DNA of 6,748 nt, taken from Opitutales bacterium (GTDB taxonomy: Bacteria; Verrucomicrobiota; Verrucomicrobiia; Opitutales; UBA9783). Below the pieces are notes generated by a model that did not search any database, was not told where the DNA came from, and saw only the letters and a program-made list of their open reading frames with translations. Location of the stretch: assembly GCA_024407725.1 (NCBI GenBank), contig JAKSVZ010000024.1, positions 1 through 6,748 of the forward strand, given 5' to 3'. Shown in pieces: positions 1 to 6,090 of the stretch (position 1 is the first letter of the stretch; every line of letters begins with the position of its first letter). Position numbers and translations under genes: made by a program.

Positions 1-540
<540 letters not shown>

Positions 541-669
541 AAATTATTAACTAATTTCTCAAGAGATATCCTTTTGCTCTTTTACTAATGTTTTACTTCA
601 TTGCTGAAGTTATCGTATTTTACTACGTTAAAGTTTTTATTCGGTTTCCCGAACCTATGCACAAAATAA

Positions 670-682
670 ATTTCAAAGAACA
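670..682 (-). promoter_or_regulatory. Candidate boxA-like antitermination motif in the rRNA leader
   Basis: The minus strand reads TGTTCTTTGAAAT. This resembles rRNA-leader boxA (E. coli type TGCTCTTTAACAA; a TGTTCTTTGAAA-type variant is what I recall from Firmicutes). It lies between the candidate promoter and the 16S 5' end. It sits almost at the predicted start site, so either the motif or the promoter call may be wrong. Confidence 0.3.
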
Positions 683-688
683 CTCTCA

Positions 689-716
689 CAATTACCTATA
701 AACAAATAACCGTCAA
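689..716 (-). promoter_or_regulatory. Candidate sigma70-type promoter for the rRNA operon
   Basis: The minus strand reads TTGACG (716..711), then 16 nt, then TAATTG (694..689). A long A/T tract (about 717..760) lies upstream and could act as an UP element. The -10 is weak (G at position 6). Motif inspection only. Confidence 0.25.
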
Positions 717-777
717 GTGTTTTTTGAAAAATTTTTTGAAAAAATAAAAATTTTATCCCAAACGGAACTAAACCTGC

Positions 778-1896
778 TTAGTTTTGAGCTTCAGCAGCGA
801 CCAATTCATCAAAAGTATCGCGATGAGGATACGCATCCTGAATCTTAAATGCCCGCAGGTTTTCGACACAACGCGCTTCGTACGCATCATAATTTTCTTT
901 GGTCAACCGATGCTTATCGTGCTCAATACACCACGCCATATAACGGTTGATATCATGATGATAGTGCGCCGGGTCAAAATAATTAGCTAAATTATTAACA
1001 AAAGCGCAATCATACCAACCGTAGATTTTTACATTTGGAAGATCAGCGCAAGTAGTTACCAAATGGCGCCAAAAGGTAAAACTGGCTTGTAAAAAATACG
1101 GATGGTGAATTCCCTGAAAAAATCGGCACCATACCCAAGAAACTGGTGTTATAGGTAAAAAGAATTGAACATTCGGATAGCGACGAATCAAACGCAATAA
1201 ACAATCGATATCGCAAAACAAATGGTTATTGGCCAATGAAAATTTAGAAAAATCGGGCAATAAGCGCCGCTGCTTTAATAAATTATCATTCCTTATCCAA
1301 TTTTTACAGGCCTTACTCCTATCGGGAACTATAGTTTTTACCGTAAAATCGTAATCTGAAAAGCAAGCAGTTTTTGTGCATAGTTTTAGGCGATGCATAA
1401 TAACATGGGAAGTCGTCAACCAAACCGCGCTATCAAAGCTGCTAATCAACGGATGTTTTAAACGCTCCCGCATTTCAGGAGATACTGGCGGATTTTTAAA
1501 GAAAGCAAAAGCATCAATCCCCCATAACACGTACTTTATTTTTCCCGACGCCAACGCTTGCTCTGCCCAAAACGCCAACGGCTGCGATTGACCAAGTCCT
1601 AAACAAAGCATCACAGAAGCTTGAGCGCCCATAGCCACATCCACATCTTCAATAGCAAAGCCTGCTGTATGCGAAGAACCTACAATTATTCCATTGTGTT
1701 CGTTAGATTGCACGATATTCCGACGTACTGCGCCAATATAATAAATGTTGCCATTATCAAAAGGGTGCAAATTCGTATTCCACCGCGTTTCGTGAAACAA
1801 ATGATAAGGATCTATCATCCATACCACCAATGGACTAATACCCCCAAAAAGTACTATCAAAAGCAAGAAACATAGGACGTTTCGTCGCGAGCACAT
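778..1896 (-). CDS. Paralog A of an uncharacterised N-terminally membrane-anchored protein family (putative DltD/SGNH-like esterase or acyltransferase)
   Basis: Long minus-strand ORF. The track ORF (778..1926) starts at a TTG. The ATG at 1896 (MCSRRNVL...) aligns with the MNARRN(V/I)L start of paralogs B and C and is preferred. It has a hydrophobic helix right after the start, an IDPYHLFHETRWN block, GSSH, and a C-terminal ~100 aa more than 85-90% identical to B and C (…HLVTTCADLPNVKIYGW…DPAHYHHDINRYMAWCIEHDKHRLT…). No recognisable named family from sequence alone. Confidence 0.8.
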   Translation of the reverse strand: MCSRRNVLCFLLLIVLFGGISPLVVWMIDPYHLFHETRWNTNLHPFDNGNIYYIGAVRRNIVQSNEHNGIIVGSSHTAGFAIEDVDVAMGAQASVMLCLGLGQSQPLAFWAEQALASGKIKYVLWGIDAFAFFKNPPVSPEMRERLKHPLISSFDSAVWLTTSHVIMHRLKLCTKTACFSDYDFTVKTIVPDRSKACKNWIRNDNLLKQRRLLPDFSKFSLANNHLFCDIDCLLRLIRRYPNVQFFLPITPVSWVWCRFFQGIHHPYFLQASFTFWRHLVTTCADLPNVKIYGWYDCAFVNNLANYFDPAHYHHDINRYMAWCIEHDKHRLTKENYDAYEARCVENLRAFKIQDAYPHRDTFDELVAAEAQN

Positions 1897-1967
1897 ATTT
1901 AGACTTAAAAAATAACGAAATTTCAATGATAGATGCTGTCAAACCATATTACATGGCAGATCGCACA
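1897..1967 (-). repeat. Degenerate relic copy of the ftsQ 3' end (duplication footprint) in the B-A spacer
   Basis: aaatttcaatgatagatgctgtcaaaccatattacatggcagatcgcacatcattgctc aligns with 3151..3212 and with the authentic ftsQ 3' end at 4379..4440. It is more diverged than the copy at 3126..3203. Confidence 0.55.
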
Positions 1968-3125
1968 TCATTGCTCCGCCGCGACCAATTCGTCAAACGT
2001 ATCGCGATGTGGATAGGCATTCTGAATCTTAAATGCCCGCAGGTTTTCAACACAGCGCGCTTCGTACGCATCGTAATTTTCGACGGTTAACCGATGCTTA
2101 TCGTGCTCGATGCACCACGCCATATAACGGTTGATATCTGGATGATAATGGTCTACATCGCAAGAATTCGCTAAATTATTAACAAAATCACAGTCATGCC
2201 AACCGTAGATTTTGACATTTGGAAGATCAGCGCAAGTAGTTACCAAGTGACGAGTCCCAAAGAAAAACGCATCATAAATTTGCGTTGGAGATAAAGTGCG
2301 TTGGAGCAACTTAAATATATACCGATATACCGTCCAACAATTGGGCGCTATTACTAAGTGAAATTGAACGGAAGGATAGGTACGTATAATATGCAATAAA
2401 GGTTCCATCCTATTCTTCACGAGTGAGCTCGTCACCGAAGACTCTGTAATACAATAATGCTCAAAATTATGTGCAGCCTTCTGGGTTTCAGCTAATGTTT
2501 TAGGTTGAATCCAGGGAGTGAAGTACTTTTCTCTCTGCGAAAACCAATTATGGATATCATCTACCTGATCCCACGCATGAAATCTTTCATTTTTAGTTAT
2601 CTCCCAATGTCTCGGAATAATATAAAATCCTGGCAAACTACGTAGACACTTTAAATTCCATAAACATAGCCAAGGATGCGCCACATAAGGTTTTACCGCT
2701 TCCAATGCTTCATCCTTTTTACTAAGCGATAACCAACACCAAGGATCCATGAGGATAAAAGCATGTTTCAGATGCCCACTAGCGATGCTACGATTTAACC
2801 ATTCCTGACACATTTCCATGCTTTGATTAGCATTACATAATTTTAACGTTCCTTTAGCGCCTACTGCCTTGGCTAAATCGCTACCTTTAAAATTCATCGA
2901 ATGGGAAGATCCTAATAGAACGCTATCGTAATCGCCTGACTTAAGGTAGGTCTCAATTTGACCTAAATTGAGCAGACTTTGGCTCCCAAACCATAAATTC
3001 TTATTCCACCGCGTTTCGTGAAAGATATGGTAGGGATCGATTGACCATATTATGAGTGCCTCTGCTAACCAAGGAAAAATCAACGCAAACAATAAGAACC
3101 ATAAAACGTTTCGGCGCGCATTCAT
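1968..3125 (-). CDS. Paralog B of the uncharacterised membrane-anchored family (intact, 385 aa)
   Basis: ATG at 3125, TGA at 1968..1970. It has an N-terminal TM helix (VLWFLLFALIFPWLAEALIIW), IDPYHIFHETRWN, GSSH (2901..2912), DVDH (2148..2159) and the conserved C-terminal block. By eye about 60% identical to paralog C over the first ~160 aa and almost identical over the last ~100 aa. Confidence 0.85.
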   Translation of the reverse strand: MNARRNVLWFLLFALIFPWLAEALIIWSIDPYHIFHETRWNKNLWFGSQSLLNLGQIETYLKSGDYDSVLLGSSHSMNFKGSDLAKAVGAKGTLKLCNANQSMEMCQEWLNRSIASGHLKHAFILMDPWCWLSLSKKDEALEAVKPYVAHPWLCLWNLKCLRSLPGFYIIPRHWEITKNERFHAWDQVDDIHNWFSQREKYFTPWIQPKTLAETQKAAHNFEHYCITESSVTSSLVKNRMEPLLHIIRTYPSVQFHLVIAPNCWTVYRYIFKLLQRTLSPTQIYDAFFFGTRHLVTTCADLPNVKIYGWHDCDFVNNLANSCDVDHYHPDINRYMAWCIEHDKHRLTVENYDAYEARCVENLRAFKIQNAYPHRDTFDELVAAEQ

Positions 3126-3203
3126 ACTTACTTAGGCTTTACGAATGATGAAAATTCAATGGTAGGTGCTGTCAAACTCATATTAACGCGACAAGGCTGT
3201 ACG
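3126..3203 (-). repeat. Relic copy of the last ~75 nt of ftsQ (duplication footprint) in the C-B spacer
   Basis: 3108..3163 is identical to 4336..4391 (56 nt, spanning the paralog start codon and the ftsQ stop/C-terminal codons). Similarity continues with substitutions to ~3203 (= ~4431). The reverse translation still reads ...RVNMSLTAPTIEFSSFVKPK*, like the true FtsQ C-terminus, but it has no upstream gene body. Confidence 0.8.
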
Positions 3204-3632
3204 TTATTGCTCAGCAGCAACCAACTCATCGAAGGTATCGCGATGAGGATACGCATCTAGGATCTTAAACGCACGTAGGTTTTCAACACAGCGCGCTTCG
3301 TATGCATCGTAATTTTCTTTGGTTAACCGATGCTTATCGTGCTCAATACACCATACCATATAACGGTTGATATCTGGATGATAATGGTCTACATCGCAAG
3401 AATTCGCTAAATTATTAACAAAATCACAGTCATGCCAACCGTAGATTTTGACATTTGGAAGATCAGCGCAAGTAGTTACCAAGTGACGCCACAAGGTAAA
3501 TAAGTCATCACAATACTGAACTAACGATATTCCCTTTCCACAATCCATTGTGCACACCCTACTATAGGTCGTCCATGCATTAGGCGTTAATAAGATATAA
3601 AACTTGACAGATGGATTTTTCTCGGATGACAC
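3204..3632 (-). CDS. Paralog C, C-terminal fragment (conserved block; probably not an independent gene)
   Basis: The track ORF starts at a GTG (3630..3632) with no evident ribosome-binding context. The frame is open further upstream to 3698. The protein is near-identical to the C-termini of A and B (WRHLVTTCADLPNVKIYGWHDCDFVNNLANSCDVDHYHPDINRYM…DELVAAEQ). Confidence 0.5.
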   Translation of the reverse strand: MSSEKNPSVKFYILLTPNAWTTYSRVCTMDCGKGISLVQYCDDLFTLWRHLVTTCADLPNVKIYGWHDCDFVNNLANSCDVDHYHPDINRYMVWCIEHDKHRLTKENYDAYEARCVENLRAFKILDAYPHRDTFDELVAAEQ

Positions 3633-4353
3633 ACGACATAGTGTCGTTGACTCGTTGACTCGTTGACTCGTTGACTCGTTGAGTCGTTGAATAAGTATTC
3701 AACTTATAAACACTTTGTAAATATTGACAGTGTTTTGCAAAATACCCAAAACTTTGAGAGCAATAAGGAAACCAACTATGAACCTCATTTAAATTATTCC
3801 ATGTCCAAAAATGGCTATTATGTTGGGATACGAACCTATGAGTAATGCAGTAAAATGCAGCCAACGAACATATGGTTTTTAGATTAAATAAACACAAGTA
3901 AGGATGGTTAATATAAGGCTTTGCTGCTTCTAATGAAGAGTCTATACCTGAATCATATAAAAACCGAAGTGCGTCTATCTCGATAAAACAATGTTTTGTT
4001 TTTCCTGTTGCCAAACTTTTTTGCAACCACATCAACTTCATTTGTAGACTTTGTCCCCCATTGCACAACTTCAGCACGCCTTTAGCCCCAACCGCTTTAG
4101 CTAAATCTCTACCTTGAAAGTTCATGCTATACGAAGAACCTACAAGAATACTATCGTAATTATTACTTCTTTTGAGGTAGGTTTCGATTTGACCTATGTT
4201 GATTAAGGGTTGACTACCAAACCACAAATTCTTGTTCCACCGCGTTTCGTGAAAAATATGATACGGGTCAACAATGTAAACCATCAACGGACCAATCGTC
4301 CAAAATAGGAACGTGAAGATAAGAAAATACAGAATGTTTCGGCGCGCATTCAT
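3580..4353 (-). CDS. Paralog C, N-terminal fragment as currently translatable (257 aa; the last ~20 aa are out-of-frame tail)
   Basis: The ATG at 4353 is 2 nt after the ftsQ stop. MNARRNILYFLIFTFLFWTIGPLMVYIVDPYHIFHETRWN and GSSY blocks match paralog B. After the repeat tract the translation (DTMSCVIREKSICQVLYLINA*) has no counterpart in A or B. Confidence 0.7.
   Translation of the reverse strand: MNARRNILYFLIFTFLFWTIGPLMVYIVDPYHIFHETRWNKNLWFGSQPLINIGQIETYLKRSNNYDSILVGSSYSMNFQGRDLAKAVGAKGVLKLCNGGQSLQMKLMWLQKSLATGKTKHCFIEIDALRFLYDSGIDSSLEAAKPYINHPYLCLFNLKTICSLAAFYCITHRFVSQHNSHFWTWNNLNEVHSWFPYCSQSFGYFAKHCQYLQSVYKLNTYSTTQRVNESTSQRVNDTMSCVIREKSICQVLYLINA
3644..3690. repeat. Octanucleotide tandem repeat (TCGTTGAC)n; coding-sense unit GTCAACGA; ~5.9 copies
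   Basis: Read directly from the sequence: TCGTTGAC at 3644-3651, 3652-3659, 3660-3667 and 3668-3675; TCGTTGAG at 3676-3683; TCGTTGA at 3684-3690. The unit length of 8 is not a multiple of 3. Confidence 0.95.
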
Positions 4354-4355
4354 AC

Positions 4356-5165
4356 TTACTTAGGCTTTACGAATGATGAAAATTCAATGGTTGGCGCCGT
4401 CAAACTCATATTAACGCGGCGGACCGTACGCCATTGCTCTGGAGAAAGCGATTTTAACAACATCTGAGTCTTGTTCAATGCTTCCTCTGGGTGATCAATC
4501 GGGAACACCAAAATCCAATTGCCTGCCATGCGCAACTCAATTGTTTGCCATCGTCGCGCCAAATAAGGATCGAAATGCTTTAAAGAAATGGATTTTACCG
4601 ATAAGAAAAGCTCGGGCGCTTGCTGCAAACAACGGATTACCTGGACAATACCTGAAAATCCTACGATGCGCTGCTGTTTAAGGATTGTTTTGGGGATATC
4701 TACCAACAGAACACATTGTTTCAAGGCCTCTGGACCTTGTTGAATGGGCAAGAAAATAGAGCCATCTTCGGCAACGCAACCCCAAGCACGTTTTTTCTTT
4801 TGAATCACGACCATCCTGGCAAAGGGCTTCCGTTCGTTAATACTAACGCGTAAGGTATTCGGAAATTCGCGCACCAACGTAACTGATTCTATCTGGGAAT
4901 ACTGCAAAATCTGCTGTTGCAAATCCGACAAATCAATCGACAGCAAGTTTTGGCCTACTGGCAGTTTAACGTGCGTGCAAAACCAATGCTTATTAATTAC
5001 GCCGTTCGTAGCGTATACTATTTGCCTAAAGGGTTGAATGGCTTTTCGTTGTCCACTCCAAGTAATAATCCCGATAAGGCAGGCAATGATTCCTAAAAGC
5101 GCCCAATAAAGCCGTATGCGCTTACGCTGGTTACCATCAAAAGTCGTATCGTTGTCTGCATTCAT
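4356..5165 (-). CDS. ftsQ: Cell division protein FtsQ (POTRA-domain, single-pass membrane protein)
   Basis: 269 aa. It has a basic N-terminus and one TM helix (LYWALLGIIACLIGIITW), followed by a POTRA-like segment (LLSIDLSDLQQQILQYSQIESVTLVREFPNTLRVSINERKPFA). It sits immediately downstream of ddl, as in dcw clusters, with its start 4 nt after the ddl stop. Confidence 0.8.
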   Translation of the reverse strand: MNADNDTTFDGNQRKRIRLYWALLGIIACLIGIITWSGQRKAIQPFRQIVYATNGVINKHWFCTHVKLPVGQNLLSIDLSDLQQQILQYSQIESVTLVREFPNTLRVSINERKPFARMVVIQKKKRAWGCVAEDGSIFLPIQQGPEALKQCVLLVDIPKTILKQQRIVGFSGIVQVIRCLQQAPELFLSVKSISLKHFDPYLARRWQTIELRMAGNWILVFPIDHPEEALNKTQMLLKSLSPEQWRTVRRVNMSLTAPTIEFSSFVKPK

Positions 5166-5169
5166 GTTT

Positions 5170-6090
5170 TTACGCTTTCAATTGAGCAATTGCTGGCTCT
5201 ACGATGCGCTGAATCAAGGCATCAAACGACATCCCAACTGCAGCTGCGCTTTTGGGAACCAAACTTTGGTCCGTCATTCCAGGAATCGTATTCATTTCCA
5301 AAAACCAAGGCTGATTATTGGCATCTAAAACAAAATCTGCGCGGCCAAAATCTCGGCAATGTGCCACCTTAAAAAACTCAACGCCTATAGCTTGAACGAT
5401 CTGCGCCACTTTATCGCTCAAATCTGCAGGAAAATGATACACACAAGCACCGGCAGTATATTTATTGTGAAAATCGTAAAAGCCTTGTTGTGGGCAAATT
5501 TCACCAACCGCCAACGCTTGTCCTTGCAAAATTCCAACTGTTATTTCGCGTCCATGAACGTAAGGTTCTATCATCCACAATCCTTGTCTAACCGATGACC
5601 AAGCGCTTTGTAATGCGTCGAAATTCGGGCAAATTTGAACCCCCAAGCTGCTTCCTTTGTTTTCGGGTTTTAACACAAATGCGGTTGAGTTTAAGGTTTT
5701 TTCTAACTCAGAATGCGATAATTTCTTCCCTGGAGTGACTGCCACTCCCAATAGCACCGGAAGCCCCTTCTGACGCGCCAACTGCTTACTTTGTAGCTTG
5801 TGCATACAAAGTGAACTGGCTGCCGAATCGCTACCTACATAAACAAACCCTTGCTGTTCCAACAAGGCTTGCAATTGGCCATCCTCACCGAAATCTCCAT
5901 GCATAACAGGGAAAATTACATCGGTGCTTGGATTCAAGCCTGAGGGCAATTGATTCTCCTCCAAACAGATAGCCTGAGTAGGATAATATCGTTTTAGAAC
6001 ATCAATAACCGGTCCTGCCGAATGGATTGAAACTTCTCGCTCTCCACTCTGCCCTCCATAAAGTACTACTATTTTTTTAAAGCAGCTCAT
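5170..6090 (-). CDS. ddl: D-alanine--D-alanine ligase
   Basis: 306 aa with typical Ddl/ATP-grasp motifs: KIVVLYGGQSGEREVS, FPVMHGDFGEDGQLQALLE, VLKPENKGSSLGV, FLEMNTIPGMT. ATG at 6088..6090 overlaps the end of murB by 14 nt. Confidence 0.95.
   Translation of the reverse strand: MSCFKKIVVLYGGQSGEREVSIHSAGPVIDVLKRYYPTQAICLEENQLPSGLNPSTDVIFPVMHGDFGEDGQLQALLEQQGFVYVGSDSAASSLCMHKLQSKQLARQKGLPVLLGVAVTPGKKLSHSELEKTLNSTAFVLKPENKGSSLGVQICPNFDALQSAWSSVRQGLWMIEPYVHGREITVGILQGQALAVGEICPQQGFYDFHNKYTAGACVYHFPADLSDKVAQIVQAIGVEFFKVAHCRDFGRADFVLDANNQPWFLEMNTIPGMTDQSLVPKSAAAVGMSFDALIQRIVEPAIAQLKA

Larger units (their letters stand above)
3204..4353 (-). pseudogene. Paralog C of the same family, interrupted by a frameshift at an octanucleotide repeat (candidate phase-variable gene, OFF configuration in this sequence)
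   Basis: The N-terminal ORF (4353..3580) is homologous to A and B down to ~3691. The C-terminal conserved block is in another frame (open from 3698 to stop at 3204). Homology to B resumes in that frame upstream of the GTG listed by the ORF track (EKNPSVKFYILLTPNAW vs RTYPSVQFHLVIAPNCW). 1150 nt plus 8 nt gives 1158 nt, the length of paralog B. Confidence 0.8.

Noticed and set aside
575-588. TGCTCTTTTACTAA, a close match to the E. coli boxA consensus
   Set aside because: It is on the plus strand, whereas the rRNA precursor is transcribed from the minus strand. The RNA would contain its complement, so it cannot act as boxA. A sense-strand boxA-like motif at 670..682 is reported instead, at low confidence.
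721-744. Direct repeat TTTTTGAAAAA / TTTTTTGAAAAAA in the A-to-16S spacer
   Set aside because: It is low-complexity A/T sequence in an AT-rich intergenic region. It is more plausibly part of an UP-element-like tract than a specific repeat element, and I cannot assign it a distinct function.
745-780. Rho-independent terminator after paralog A
   Set aside because: I could not find a convincing GC-rich stem-loop followed by a T-run on the minus strand between the stop codon (778..780) and the candidate rRNA promoter. Only A/T tracts are present.
784-1875. Plus-strand ORFs 784..990, 1376..1591 and 1621..1875
   Set aside because: They are antisense shadows within paralog A. They are short with low-complexity or odd composition, and the minus-strand frame is supported by three-way paralog conservation.
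1897-1926. TTG-initiated 10-codon N-terminal extension of paralog A (ORF track start at 1926)
   Set aside because: The ATG at 1896 aligns with the MNARRN start of paralogs B and C. The extension also falls in the degraded ftsQ-tail relic, so it is probably not translated.
3204-3632. Treating the 142-aa ORF as an independent small gene
   Set aside because: Its listed start is a GTG with no evident ribosome-binding context, and the frame stays open upstream to 3698. Homology to paralog B continues upstream of that GTG in the same frame. It corresponds to the C-terminal third of a full-length paralog. It is best read as the downstream half of a frameshifted gene.
3644-3690. CRISPR-like or minisatellite interpretation of the repeat
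   Set aside because: The units are 8 nt and directly abutting, with no spacers, and they lie inside a coding region. This is a microsatellite-type tandem repeat, not a CRISPR array.
3580-3701. Programmed +1 ribosomal frameshifting as the way the two halves of paralog C are joined
   Set aside because: A +1 shift within the 3580..3698 overlap would join the frames. However, I see no recognised slippery or hungry-codon motif or stimulatory structure beyond a small 6-bp hairpin (3633..3647). The 8-nt repeat gives a simpler DNA-level explanation. This is not excluded and would need ribosome profiling or proteomics.
541-4355. Mobile element or genomic island origin of the paralog array (transposase, integrase, terminal inverted repeats, tRNA-adjacent att sites)
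   Set aside because: No transposase or integrase-like ORF and no flanking inverted repeats were seen. The ftsQ-tail relics show the copies arose by local tandem duplication.
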